From: Catajapyx aquilonaris
Taxonomy: Eukaryota
Direction: 5' to 3'
Length of the DNA stretch: 64,000 nucleotides
Assembly: GCA_000934665.2 (NCBI GenBank)
Contig: KZ538224.1
Location: 186,001-250,000 of the forward strand
The notes under the pieces were generated by a model, which searched no databases, had not been told where the DNA came from, and saw only the letters and a program-made list of their open reading frames with translations. Below are positions 36,201 through 51,200 of this stretch, piece after piece. Position numbers and translations under genes: made by a program. Each line of letters starts with the position of its first letter. The stretch's first letter is position 1.

Positions 36201-39200
36201 TGCACGTGCTTCGTTTGTTTTTTAAAAAAACGAAGCTTAACGGTTTTAAGAAGCTCCTGGGTTCCTTTTCTTAGCAGCGATCCCCCCGGCCAACTTTGCT
36301 AATTAACAGCGATTTTGTAGCCTAATCTTTGCTGTCAACATTCCCCTCCTTCACACCTTTGATCTCCCTGCGTTGAGCTAAATACCCGTAATTTACATGC
36401 CTTCGACCCAACTCCCCGAAGACTTTCTTCTCTCTTCCTCCAAGCAGCACCGTTTCCCTTGAATTTCAAAACTTTCATTTGAGAGCTGTTGGAACAATAT
36501 GGCTTGCTCACTTACAGTCAAACGCTCGGTTATTCTCGCTTGAAAATGTGAATTGTAGCCCTAAGGTTTCAATTCTATTTCTATCCTTAGTTCCGAATAT
36601 TAGCTAACTGCCTAGTAACAAGCGAACTGCTTAATATTTGCTTAAAAATATTGTTGGAAATTGCTGAACATGTTGAGTGCAAATCCGGGAGAAAATGGTC
36701 CGGTAAAGTGCATATCGTGGTGGTTGGATGTGGAGGAGGAGCGGAGCTAATCCTGATGTTCTGACAGCCCGTTTCTGTCAAACTTTGCTGAAAATCCTGC
36801 TCAGATCGAGAACATGTCAAAACAGGGCTCCCTCGCATGGAAGGCTCGGATTATACGCGATAATGGAAATGACAAGCCCTCCAGGACTCTGAATGCTCCC
36901 GGAAAGGGCTTTCACACATTTTTGGAAAGGGTGTGTGAGCTCTCCACTTAATATTTGCAACAATCCCAGCTCGAATTATAATTGTTGCTTATTTTGCCAG
37001 TTGTTGGACATGTTAATGGTGTCTTACTGGTGGCTCCACGAGCCGAGGGTGCCAAATGAGCGAATCGAAAGCTGCCTCCATTTATGACCGCCTTCACTCT
37101 AGGATAAATCGAGTGAAGGCTGTCATACGGAGGCAAATTTCGATTCGCTTTTTTGCCGCCATGCCTCGTGGCGCCACCAATACGACGCCATTAATGTCCG
37201 TAGATGGCGCACGACTGCCACTCTCGGGGTCGGGCGATAGATAGTGGTACTACATAGTGTTATTAATGAAACACCTTGTAGACCGTTGTTGTCACGCTGT
37301 TTCCGGACGAGTATCTGCACGAGTCTGCAGGGGTGTAACGCAACGCATACCGCGCTGTCCGCTGTGGTGAATAATTACAGCGCGGAAGATTAGAGCACCC
37401 ATTTTCCCCCCGCAGAGCAACGATAGCAGCTTTTGTTTTGGAGGTAGGGGGGTGGATATGGAGAGGGGGGGGGGGGGGTAGGCACATAGCCACAGGGACT
37501 GGTTCTGATGGACGGCCTGCTGATGGCACGCGACGCCCGCTCGATCCCCAGGCGCAGATAACATATGCTGTGTACCGCCATTTTCATACACACTTTGCTC
37601 TGTGGTCGCAAAATTACCTTTTCCGTGTCCGCGGTCCAGCCTGAAGTTGTCCTGTCCCTTCTGGCCGTCCACCAGCTGGCCCAGTCCGCCTTGGAGGTGA
37701 CCTCCGTCTGTCCGACCGTCGTAGGTCACATCGGCCAGGTCGACCTCTGACCCTCGTTGCACCCCCTGGGGCATCGAGTAGCTCACCAGGCCTTCTGCGA
37801 ATTGAAAACATCCAATCATTAAACAATGTGCAAAATTACATTCCCATGCGGGTGAAGCTCCAGGTGACACAACACGCGATGCCAATGACTTCTCGGCAAG
37901 TCCAATTACACCCTTTCACTTTGTTTCTGCCATTCTCCAAAAATGATTAAGAGCAATTTGCGGTCACGCATTTTCTTGCACTGCACACATTTATTTGCAA
38001 GCTGGGGGGGTCGGGTTGACATTTGTTTCGTGCGGTTTTGGGTTCTCCTTCCCGAACCCCCTCGCCATGTTTCCAGCACACACAAAACCTTATCCGCCCT
38101 GCATTTGGTCTTCCACAAACCAGGTCCCGCAATTAATTACACCGTCCGATGGCGCGAGCAAAGAAACACGATGCGGCCCCGTAATTAACGCTAATGAGCG
38201 CATGTAGAGATAAACGTAGCCAGCACTAGTAGCTCACCCCCTCCCCCACTTCGCTTCCTCGTGCGGTTCTCCTTGTCTCTAACACACAAGCAGCAGCCTT
38301 CGGATCTAACGGAATTCACTCCCACATCATTATGCCAAAAGCTTTTCTCAAAAGAACCAGTATGTGTAAAGGCAGATTCCAACGAGCGAACCTTATCTGA
38401 ATGTGCCACCCACTCCGGACAACTCAGGCCGATTGAAAGCTCAGAACGACGTGTATTTGACCCAAGGTCTTCCTAAATCCGGATAGTTTATAAATTATTA
38501 CAAAATAAATTATTAAAACGACATGTTTATTATAGGCTACTGCATTTGAATTAACATTTGAACAAATTAAAGCAAATTAAATATATTAATTATAATATAA
38601 CGCAAGTAGGTAAATAACAAGTACAATGAATAAATAACACCTAATTTGTATCGAATTGAATTGAATTAAACCAATGAAAATAATTACATTAAATGAAACA
38701 AATAAAATAAGTTAATAAATTATATAAAATAAAATGAAATAACTGAAATAAGATAAACTGAATAAATAACAATGACATAAAATAAATGAGATGAAGAAAA
38801 ATAAGAATGAGTCGACTAATTAATTAGCTACAGTAAAATCCTCCGAATGTATAATATAGATTTTTAAATTAATTTTTATGTGTATACAACAGAGGCAAAG
38901 CCCCTCGGTATTATAATAATGGACTCTGGAGCTCTTGAGGAATAAAGGTGCACATATGGTCATCCCTTCCGTGTTGTCCACCCTTTTTTCGTGTGCGACG
39001 AAAGAGACATTGACCGACCGGCTTCTGGATTCGTGTTGACAGGACGCATTGTTTACACTCGCGAGGAGAAACAGTACAAAAAAAACACGTGGCCTTCAAG
39101 TTAATTTTAAACCTAAATCAGGTCGCGATTCCCTCGGGAAGGGAAGGGCCACGGAAATATCCTACGAGCCATAAAAATTTCATCGAACCGGCATTTTCAT

Positions 39201-42200
39201 AATTTATTGGTTCCAGGTTGTACGTATATACTGCAAAAGCATGCGGATGGGACGAATGAATTTTTTATGCGCACAAAAAAATATGATTACAGTCACTGTA
39301 TGTCATACTCGCTGACTCGCTTCTCCATATATCCAAACAAAGACGGAAACAATTTGAGAGCTCAAACTTTTTTTAAGGGGGAAAGATTTATAACGACCAA
39401 CTTTGTAATGCTTCCGGTAATCAGTGCGTCATCAAGCCTTCTGCTGAACTATATCTCCCCCTTCTATAAGCCCAGAAAACACAAAAATGAACCCGTATAA
39501 TTGAGAAATCAGGAACAGATGCAAAGGGGGGGGGGGGAGAGTTTATACNNNNNNNNNNNNNNNNNNNNNNNNNNNNNNNNNNNNNNNNNNNNNNNNNNNN
39601 NNNNNNNNNNNNNNNNNNNNNNNNNNNNNNNNNNNNNNNNNNNNNGGGGGGGCTTGAAACTGCTTCAGGGTTTGGATTTCCAACTTTGGTTTTCAACGGA
39701 AACAAACTCTGTGCGATATCGAATACCGATCCCCCCTTTCTCTATGCCCAGAATTTTTTGGGGTAAATAAAAAAAGGAGTATAATACGCCTTTCTTGTTC
39801 AAATTTTTCTCTCTCAATTCTACGCCCCTGCCTGCTGAACTCTGTCATTGACGTGAGAATAATGCAGGCATTACTCACATGGAAAGTCTGCAGAAAGGCT
39901 ACATTTCCAACATAAGTTTCATTTTCATTAAACGGGTGAGAAACTATACACGTTCATATAAACTACTTCTGGTGCCATTTGGCTAGCTGCTGCTTCATCT
40001 TGCAGTTCCGAACTTCGCCTCCTCCTGAGGAATTAATGACGGCGAAGTTAGGAGTAATTGCGGTCCCTTAGGTGCAAAGTGTGTTTCGAAACTCGGCCTG
40101 GCTCTTATATAATTCCTAGACTTCCGGTGGAAAAAAAGGAAGCAAATAATTTAGATCCGCAAAGTCCGTGCGATTCAGTCTCGTAATCAATCAAGTTTCG
40201 TCCCACAGTGAGATATAGACTTTTTCGACCTAAGGGTCCAAACTTGGACTCTCTGAGACGGTAACTACTAAGGACGGCTTCAAATTATAGGGAGCGCTAA
40301 TAGGTCTCGCAAATTTCTCTGCTCGAATTTGCAGCGCACTTTCGCGTTATTTATGTCCCCGCCCTGTGCAGCAAGGGCTGTAATAATAAGGGACGGAGCT
40401 CATTCGATATGCACGCCCTCGTCTTACATATAGCGGGGATTTTTTTAAAATTATTTGCAAATGGCTCACATTTTTTTTTCTATAGGAATATAGAGTGAAA
40501 ATAGTACATCGGACTTCCTCCATAAATTTTCATTTTTCCAACAAAATCTATGCAAAACCTTGAGTCCGATCGTGCTGGCTTGACGCCAACGCCAGTGTCT
40601 CTCAACCTCAAATGTAGTGTCGCAGGTTTTCCCCAGATTCCGGGGTCCCGAATTATGTCCTGTCTCACGGTAACATTGGTTTCGTCCTCTTAAAAAAAAT
40701 CCTGCGAGAGCATCGACCCTGAGAACAGGACACTTGGCTACAGGTGAGCGTGTCTCAGCAGCTGCCGCGGCGACATTTCTAAATGTGTTGCAGCTAAAAA
40801 AAAAATGTTTAGGGATTCGCAATCTTGTACCGTTTTTTGAGTTTTCAGGACTTCGCTTGGAGGGGAATAATTCATGAAAGGACCGGTGCTTGTTGGGTGT
40901 GTTGAGCTAAGCCAACAAAGCAGATGAGTTGGCCTGCTCTGGACTGGAGACCACTCCCTGCATGAGTAATGTCCGGCTGGCATCAGCGTCTTTTGCTGGA
41001 CCCCCTCTTCTCTTCCTCTGGCAGCCCAGCAGCAAACGAGCAGGGAATAATTGGATTCCAGCACATTTTCGTAACCGACTGCTGCTGTGCAGATTTGGCT
41101 CCGGAACTCTCTCCTTTTGTTCCGGATTCGTGTCACGTGGGAATGGTTCCGGTTTGAAAAAAACTGACCACGTGACTGGAAGGAGCCAAAATCCGGAGAT
41201 ATTCTGAGATTTCAGCTCAATTTAGACGCGAATCTGTGAATCACTCGATGTGTTGTAATATCTGCAGCGTTTTGATTATGTTTTTACTAAAAAGCTGATA
41301 ACATTTTGGCCTAAGCGTCGCGTTCCTGGCAAAAAAATTGTCTCTATAATGCTGTTCATGAATATTGTAAGCGGCATCTGCTTAGAGAAATGCTTCAGCT
41401 TTTTTCCCCATGTTGTGTAACAGCTTGCAGACGTGATCGATTTTATAGTGTCCTTTTGTAACAGTGTGCAGGCCATATCCGTGTATCGAGTGTCGACCGG
41501 GGTTCTCAAAATAGTGACTCAAAGAATATGTAGTTAGGGGCGTGTGTGTGTGTTTGGAGGGGTTTGGAAGGAAGGAAAGAAGAGCTGTAAAGATAGAAAG
41601 GAGCAGGTGTGAGGCGACTGGCTTGAGATATCGGCCGCCTTTTACACCTCATAATCGCGCAGGCTTCCTTTGCTTCCAAGGGAGAAACCGCCACGTCTAA
41701 ACATCCACCGCTGATATTGACACAGCACAGTCATGGCGGAAACGTGAAGGGAAAACGACACCTCTCATAAGGCGTTTTTTTACCAAAGGGTTCATAGAAA
41801 TTTTCAGAGGAATGTCTCCATGGAACATTCTTGTCTATGTACGAGAAAAATAGTGCGGTTGGTGGGCGTTGGTTGTTTTTTTCGAACCAGCTTCAACCGT
41901 TTCTTTTCTCTCGGGGCCGAATTCGGAAGGACCAAGGCTCCGCCATAAATCCCCCGCCCCCGTCTTCCAACCTGCACCTCCCTAGCCATATCTTACCTCT
42001 TTTCCAATTTCAACCCCCGGCTTTTTAGATGTAAATATGGGGGGGACCCGTTGCCGATGTTTCATTCATTAGCCCGGGCCGTTGAGGCTCCAAGGATGCA
42101 CAAAAGACACTCGCGGTTTAAAGGGGGAAAAAAGAACTTCAGGAAGGGCCGCAACAAAAGGAGCGACATGTCCAATTCGAACGACGCCCTTGTTTTATGA

Positions 42201-45200
42201 GGATATTATGTTTATACGGGCCGGTATCTGGACCGATTCAGACGTGGAGGGAAAAGGTACAGCTGTGTTCCGATAACGCTGCCTCAATATCGTAAATTCG
42301 GCGCTGACCAGGTGCTTTCTGCAGGCCGACTTCGCTTTTTTTCCAGCTAACTGCGATCACTGCTATTTGCCAGTATGTAGCTTTTTAAATACTCTCGCAG
42401 AAAAAAATAGCGAGTGCTATTTTTCAATGCCAGTGATTGCGATTTATGTCACACAGCTATTTGGCAACAAACGTCTCCTAAAAATTCGTTTGAATCCGGA
42501 ACTTAGGTCAATAGGTGTTTTTTTGTGTTATGTGGATTTGACCAGGTGTGACGACCCTAGGAGCTGTTAAGGCATGTTTTGAACTCGATATAGCCCGCAA
42601 ATTGCTGGTCTCTTCCCCCCCATCCCCTCCCTCCCTCCCTTTCCCCTCTCCTCCCCCACTTAACTACCCTTGACAGACAAAGTACTCGGGATCCCAGCCA
42701 AAGTTGGTTCGGTTTGTTTGAACCGCCTTTAGGAACGTGATGGAAGCTCGAGCTCTGCCAAACTCCAAACACAGGTTGACACGCAAATTCCCATTGCAAA
42801 CTATGCTTCCAGTCGCGGCTAACCTGGAGCGATCGCCAGACTCGGAGAGCAAGAAATCGCCCTGGGAGTCGAATCATGATGTCTCGATGACAAGGCATCA
42901 CGCATAGGACGAAATAATTAAGGCGGGTTTTTATTCCGTGCCCTTATTATTACCCAAAAGAAGAATGAAAGCCTGACCACGCCTAAGCCTCGGTGATGGA
43001 CACCGGCCTTTTCGACGCCTAAAAAAATGCCATCCATGGGCGGATGCAGCCGATTTCTGGAGGACAGCTGTTGGCCATACATTAGTCACCAGCCAATCCG
43101 GGGAGTTGACGGCCGTAAATCCCTCTGCTGGTTTGTCCAACACTCGACTATTATTCCTGGTAGGTCACCGGGACACGCCCGGGAAAAAAATCCGGTTGGG
43201 GGAATACCCAGGTGTGTCACCTTGCCGGGAATTGGCGCATAATAAACTCTAAATGATAGGAAATCACACGTATGTACAGTGCATGGCATAATGGTGTCGT
43301 ACTGGTGGCGCTAAGAATGAAAAGATGGACACATTTATCAGTACTTGTTAATTAGTGACTTACCGGTCCAGGGGCATCCCAAGAGCTCGACCCTCATGCA
43401 GACGGTGCGGGGGTGGACGCTGTAGGGCACGAACCGAATTTTGGAGGCCAGGATGGGAGGATCCAGCAGGTTCTCCACCACTGTGTAGGTGTTGGCGTTG
43501 CCCGCCAGCAGCTGCTGCCAAAGGGGACAACAAACCAGACAGGTCAGGATGATAATTGCAGTACAAAAAAACATAAGTGAATGCACGCGCCCGGGACGGT
43601 TTCTGGTTTTTTATTATTTGGCAAAGAGGGATTATTAGGCCTTGTCACATCTAATGGTGTGCTGGACCTGATTTAAAAAAGGAGGCGCCCAAGGTTTCTG
43701 GCAAGGGATCAGGGCCGACGCACGTCTAAAGGTGTTTGATATACCATTATATTATTAAAGGCGTGTATAATCAGCTGTGATTTCTTGCTGAAAACATGTC
43801 GATCAGTGCTGCGGACATGTTGGCAAGCTGCTGTCAATAAACGTCGTCTGATTAGAAAGTGATATACTGTAGTAATAGTGAAATTTTAATTGCTGTCATC
43901 ACCATAGGTCTCACATTCGGACAATATTCGTCTAAAATTCTCTACAATTTACATGGAGGATTCGTCTATTTTTATTATCATTTAATAGACTAATTGCCCT
44001 TTTTCTGTACGCTTGTTTCACATGTCTTTATAAATTTTTATACTAGCCTGTATTTAACATTTTATTCGTGTAAATATTAATTATTGGGAAGAACTTTAAT
44101 ATCGGGAGACCGAATGTGGCAGGAGTAGGGGTACGCTGTACCAACATAATCCATGACATAACTTTTTCTCATCGGATACATGCCTATCTTTCAGCTGATA
44201 CAAGCCTACAAAAGTATGTAAAAGTCCTGGGTCTCCCGATATGAAAGCGTAGCCAATTATTGTTATTCCTAGGAGATTAATATGATTTAAACAATTTTGG
44301 CATTGACTCTATCATTGTTTCCGATGAATTTTATCTCTCAATGCACCTGCTGTAAAAATGTAATTTTTCGGTGTTTCGCCCTAAGGGACTAGTGTTTTCA
44401 GGTGTAAATAACTAGCGTTGCTCACATGTGGGACAAAAGCAGCTGGATGACGGAGAGTTTTTTCAACCCCTGAAAAAAGGTGATTATACAGGCATGATTA
44501 ACATGGGGGCAAACCCCCTCATTGATTCGCGCCCTGGGCTTTTTCTGAAACGGTTTTTCGCCTGAACCTCATCGAGTCAAAACCACGGATTGGAAAAAAA
44601 CAGGGGAGGGCCAGAAAACCCCGAGCCTCCATTAGCGTCCGGCTTAAAAACTTAATTCCGCACTTTTATGAAAATATGTCGACCAGGGGATTCACCGGCC
44701 GCTTTTCATCTCTTGAAAATCTCCAGAGACATCAATCTGCCCCCCCCCCCCCTTTAAATATTTTTAAAAAGATGCATGGTCGAAGGGTAATTAGCCGTGT
44801 ATGCACGCGCACATTCCCCTTTTCACAAATGGTGCTTATCTACATGCGATGGGATTTGTCGACTTTCAGTGGACTTATTATATGGCGATGACCTGCTGGG
44901 ACCGACCGGTGCCGAAAAGGGTCACTGATTTTAGAGGCAAAGTTTATGCCCCCGGGAAGTGAAAGGCAACTTGCACAAGATGGTTATCTATTAGATGGGG
45001 GAAAAAACTTATTTACATACATTCTCATATAACTGCAGCTGACATTTTACGCAACGAGTTGCAACCATCAGATGATATCATTTTCTTGATCAGGTTTGAG
45101 CATTAACGGCGGCAGAAAAAAAAATATCAATTTCAAACTGCGCGGACCTAATTAAATGCAGATTAGAGCGATTGTAGGATTGTGTGTTTTTGCAGGCTTT

Positions 45201-48200
45201 CCCATAAATATTCATTATGAATTTGCAAAGAGTCGCCGTCGAGAAAGAGCTTATTGGCAGATGCGACCCCCCCACTCACTGCTCAAATCCGCTTTTTGTG
45301 ATATGGGGGATTCGGACTCAGATTGTCGATTTTTTTAGGATATACGCTTTCATCTAAATCATTATTTTTTAAAGCCGGAGATATCTATTGCAATATTTTT
45401 GGGCGGTAAGAGTAACTTTGCAGTATCGATTTCACAGTGTTTCACTCTCCTTCAACGAAAAGCATGGATGTCAAAGAATGACATCTCCAATACCTGACGA
45501 AATTGGTGAAAGGCCCCGCTGTGTATAGGAGTTGCCTCGACTGCGTTTCTCATAATCCGACTTCGCCTCCTCCCTCAAAAAAAGAAGAAAAATGTCGTAA
45601 GCTTCAGTCACGTTTCTGACCTTCTCTCGTTTTTTGGGGCGGCGAGAAAATTTTGACGTCTCGAGCAATATTATATGTGGGGTCGACTCTTTATATTCCA
45701 CCCTGCTGTCTCAAAATGCGAGAAAACGGGACGACTGCAAATTGGATTCTTTCTTCTGACAACTCTGCCCCCATATATGACCTGGTTCGTCTGGAATGTT
45801 AGAAAGGCACATATTTTGCATCGCAATCCTCTTACATACATCTGGGTGTTGTCAAATTATTTCAATACACAGTACATCAGCCGTGGGCTTTTTTTCATGT
45901 AAAGGATGTATGGGTCGTATTACCGTGCCTCTAATGACTACATTTGCAGCTGACTTCCGTTTGCAAAAGACAGATGTGGTCGAAACAGATCATTTGCTTG
46001 CTGTATACCCTGCAATTTTCTAGTTACTCCCCTCATTCCATGCAAGGGTCTCACTTCTCTTTTTTTTGTACCCGTTTTTTTAACGACAACTGTAAAGTCA
46101 ACGAGGGAGTGGATTTCGGATTGTACCGAGAGATAATTGATTTACAGGCGGTAGTGCTTAGCCGCGGCATACCGCTTTTGGGGTTGTAATGAACTTCCTC
46201 CCAGCGATGCAAGCACTTTCCCCAGTAAAGAAATGGGAGGATTGGCCTGGAATAGCTCTGCTTTCCATATTTGAGCGCGGAAAAAACCTATCCTCGGACG
46301 AATAAAACCGAGTCTGCCATAGACCCTAGATGTCTTTGGATTTTTTTTTCTTCTTCTGCGGGTAAGGACTAGGAAAAAAAAGTAGGTTGTGGAGGGGACA
46401 GGAAAACGAATGAAAACCTTCCCGAGCCGCCCACGTGGACTTGGGGAATGGAGATCAGACGGGCTGGAATATAAAGAAAAAAGAAAAGTAAGAGAGAAAA
46501 AAAGAAGGCCGCCTGTAGGGGAACATTCTGAAGAAGCCAATTGAGTTGTGTATTTCTTTGGGGATTTCGGCTCATCCATCCAGGATTTCATTTTCATTTT
46601 CCCCAGCTAAAGTAGTCCTCGCTGGGGAAAGTGCGCGAGCGAGAGACGGAAGAAACAGAACTGTAGGCAGACTAAAAAAAAAGGAATCAAATAATTTTAG
46701 GCGGGGAATGGAACGAGCATAAGCAAATAAGAGACGCGTAAGCTACTGGAGTAAAATAGAAGATCATCCAATGGAGATGATATATTATACAAATAAAGGC
46801 AGCAGGAAAACCCTGCAAACAAGGCCAAATATTTTGGAGTGTTACAATTAAACTGAAATATTTGAAGCGCTTCGTACATGCGTGTAGATTTTTTTCGGCT
46901 CTGTATTTGTGTGCACCAAGGTTTTCCTGCAATGGTACCAAAAATAATTCGTATCGCAAGTTTAGGAATGAGCGTGTACTTTCTAAATATAGAGGATGGT
47001 CTAGTCGAGAGGCGCCGTATCAATCCGTGGCATCTCACAGCATGCTAAAAACTGCTCTTCACGCACAGATATAACTAGATATGAAAATATTTGCAAGCAT
47101 ATACAGTAATTTGACACACACATGACTGGAGTCATCCCACAGAACGCACCCAAGGCTCATAAATTTTTCAAACCTGTGCCTTCGAGTTGTGGGTGTATTC
47201 ATGGAAAATGTAAAACCCTCCTTCTACCTTGCGGTTTTTCTCGCCCCCCCCNCCCCCCCCAAAAAAAAAGAGATGCCTGGAGAAGTGAAAAAAAAGAAGA
47301 GGAAATCGAAGGTGGTTCGCATAATCGGTCGATACCCATTTATGTTTCTCGATACGGCGTGGTGATGCCGATACGAAGCGCCTCTTGCGTATCCGATGAG
47401 GAAAATGTCATGCATTATGAATGTAGTGCAGGCCTTGCCGCGATTTTGGGCCCCTTAAAAAAAAGCTGAAGAATAAGGAACCTCCACCAGTACAAGCCAT
47501 GTATAGATTCATAGCTGCTGGGAAGAAAATTTATAACGGGGGAAAAATTTATAACGAGAAAAATCCGATGCAGCTAGAAAACTTTTGGGCGGGTTGAAAT
47601 TTTGTGAAGCGAGGTTTAATGCATAGCAGCTTGCAACTATCGAAGCCTTATTGGATGTCTTCCGGGGGGGGGGGAGAGAGAAGAAGCCTTGTCTCTCCTT
47701 GAATCGATCGCTTTAATAATGGCTCTGATTGCTCGTTAACTGGCTTCTGATCATGCATGCAGCAAGCCCCCTCTTCTTCCTCCAACCCAACCCTCTTTCC
47801 GTTTTCTGGGAAACTCGATCATCTCCTCGGCTGCACTTCCCTGCACCGTTGAATTACCGGCCCTGCAGAACAAATCCGTTACGAGTCTTAATCCTATACT
47901 AAACCCAGGATATACACAAGCAGGTCTGGTTTCGCCAAAAAAGACTCTCCGCAGATGCTGGGTTTTTAAATATTTGGATGGTTTGTTAAAAACATTATTA
48001 TTTACAGGTCTGGATTTTCAACAAGTTTTAATAACGTAGCATGAACATTCGCCAAAAATTGCAAATTACATGATGGAGATTACAGTACGGAAATCTACTC
48101 ATTCTATCAAGAGTTTGAGTGTCCAGCAGATTAACTTTGAGGATTTTCTTTATTATTATTAGGCCTGCCATCTCGGCTTGTGCAGTTCCCCAGAGGACAT

Positions 48201-51200
48201 TGATTAACTTTAACGGCTTCTCCTCCAAAATTACAAGCTTTGCCCAAATTGCTTATTAGGTCTATGCTGCACATTTTCTTCAATCCTTATACAGTACAAC
48301 AAAAAAAAACTGGTTACTAAACCTTAATATCATCAGGCTCTTGCTGAAGAAATAATAATTTTTTCGCCCAGGAGTTACGACTGGAAGTGCATCGTTCGTT
48401 CGAGTTATACATTTTTTGCATTCTTATACTGCACTGATAAAAAGTATAGCTCCCTCGTAAAGCCTCCGTGTGTGCCCGGCCAGATTGCCCGGAAGAAAAA
48501 GGCCTTCATTTCATGAAAATCGAGTATCACAACCCCCTGACATTTTACGAGCCGGACGCAAAAACTCCTTTGAAATTTTTTCTTACCCGCCCGTGCTCCT
48601 TATTGCTGATTTTTAACATCCTTCAGCTTCCTCTGAAGAAAGATTTGGTGGGCTAGTCGTGACCAGGGCGCGAGCCAAAGCGTCCATTTTTTGGGAGCCT
48701 CCAAAAAATTCAGGGCGTTTAACCCTTCTGGCGCCAGGAACATGCAACATTTTATCTCGGATCTCTCTCGAGACCCATATTTCCAACCCTGATAGTTGAT
48801 CACACAGCCTCCGTTTTCTGGACCATCTTACGGATTTTGCAAGGAAGTTTTTTTTCGATCTGGAAATATTTTGGGAAGGGCCCGGATGGTAATGGTAGGA
48901 TAATTGCATCGATGTAAAGCCCTCCCTAGTCAAGCGAGCCTGTTGCGAGGATTTGCCTTCTTAGGAAGCAATTATGGAAGGGATCAAGTTGGATAACGCG
49001 CATGTCGAGTTGAGGGGAGAAAGGTGAGGGAGAAAAAAAGCTACAGAGGACAAGTCTAGCGTCATTTTGGACGTGGGTTTGACTCGATGTAATGTGAAAT
49101 AAAGAAGGATTAGGGAGTGTCAGTCGCGACACCGAGAATGGTTATATTTCCATGTGTTTTCCATAGAAGGAAGGGCGGCCGCGCGTTATTTAGTCTGCCG
49201 AGTTTTGGAATGCGCCGACCAGATTTACTACGCCCAACTGGTGTCATACGAGGACTGGAACCATGTTGCATACGGGTGCAACAACACCAGGAGAGAGAGA
49301 AAAAAAAGTTAATTGGTCAGCTCGTGTTTCCACACCCAACTGTCTAAATATATTCCTCAGTGCCGATGAAACCGTATCCCATTTCAACATATTCAAATCT
49401 AGAGCTGATTAAAATTATGGCATAATATGATGAGACTGACCTCTTTTCTGGTCCGGTCGCTCCATCTGGTCCACTTCTGCAGTCCTGGTCTCCAGTACTC
49501 GAGCATGTAGTGTTCTGCGTACTCTTGTCCTTGCCCGTTGCCGAATCTGCCCTGTGTCCTGGTGCCAGTGGTGACATGCACCCTTCGAAGGTCGATCTCC
49601 AGCCATTCACGCACATCCTTGGTGATCTGGTTCTTAGGGCACCAAGCACCACCGTTCTTCTCCTGGCGCAATCTGATAGTAAAAGGAAGATAACAATTAT
49701 TATAAATGTCCAGGAGGCTCAATTCTATGCATTTACAGTGTAAATGGGAAAGTTTGTGTGTTTGTATACTGTACGTCCCGGCTACCTAACCCACTTCTGA
49801 ACTACTGAGAGTGGTGAAACTTGGCACACTCATGGCTTACGTGGCGCTGATTGAGGGAAAAGTCCGAAAACCACACTTCCTTTAGTGTAAGCCCGCATAT
49901 TTTTGGATTTTTATATTTTAGGGCACCGCTTTATGGCACTATAGTATGTTGCATATTTCTCGCAACATGAGCATCAGGAAATGTCTGTTGATCGCAATCT
50001 CAGGGCTAAATCTTCACCCTTTAACCCATGTCGCTCCCTTGATGTGACAAACAGTCTCATTATTCTTGTGAGGCCGTCCGTGATAGGCTGCAAGGCAACA
50101 TCATGGGGGGAAGAGGTTCATGGGCGCGGAAAGAACACTGGATTTGCGTTCATTCCGCATCAGGCCGCCGACTCCGAAGTGGAACGACCCCAAACACAGT
50201 TCTTCTTCCTCTTCACCTGGGGTACCACTCTCTTTCTCCCCCCTTTATTCCTCCTCCGAGTCTCGAAGGAGGCGTCGATAAATCCCCGCAAGAGACCACG
50301 GTATAAATTTTCCAGAGAAAGAGGGAAAGAGCATGAGGAAAAGAGACGGCACATATCGGGGATCAATGCGAAGGGAAAGGGGGAGGGAAAAGGGGGGTGA
50401 ATGACGAGCCCCAACCCCTCCGCCCCCTCCTTTCTTCCATAAAGTCATTAAGAGAAGCACTTTACTCAATATGGCCAAATGAATTCCCCAAGAGAACCGG
50501 CGCCGTGGAGAAATCTACTCTCAGGATGGCTTCTGCGGTGAGAAGAACGAGTCCTGGTTCAAAAAAGGGGGGGAAAATTGCAAATTGAGAATTTTTGGTG
50601 GCCCAGAAATTTTTGGCAACAATTGTGAGGTCATCTGATGCAAAAAGTCACTTTGAATACTGCAATTTCGCAATTTTATTACATAATGCGCTGAACCTAT
50701 ATTACTCAACTTTCTTCCTACAAATTCTGTTAACTGAAATAAGTCTTGAAATCTCAGTAGGGTCTTGCACAATACAGGGGGCTCCCCATCTTTAGAGGCT
50801 TAGAAGGGTGTATTCACAAGTCATAGCACGTTATCCGAGTCTGTCCCTTTGATCCGCGTCACAAAACGATGCAGCCGAGTCCGCCAAGGATTTCTGCGGA
50901 TGAAAAGAAAGGCAAGGAACCTGGGGAGGCCCGGGCTTTGATGCAAGATTAACGCGCAAAATATTGCCACGAAGAGAGTCCCCCAAGACATTGTTTTGAC
51001 ATCATTTATCATTGCCACAAGAATACCCGGAGCCTAGACTTTGACGGATGATTTATGTCCTTGCGAACCTTCCTTTGCTTTATTTCGGGGAGAAAATTTC
51101 TCTTTTCTACTGAACTATGGGGAGGTCGACAATTTGGTACCTGTGCTAGTGACGGAGTGCTGAACTCCTTGCCGAAATTTGGCAACACTGCCCTGACCGC

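Noticed and set aside
39421..39770. ORFs spanning the N run
   Set aside because: Artefacts of the assembly gap.
41091..41200. Weak inverted repeats (also near 10650-10765, 23230-23330 and 46598-46630)
   Set aside because: Arms of only about 9-15 bp without clear ends or TSDs; old MITE debris or chance.
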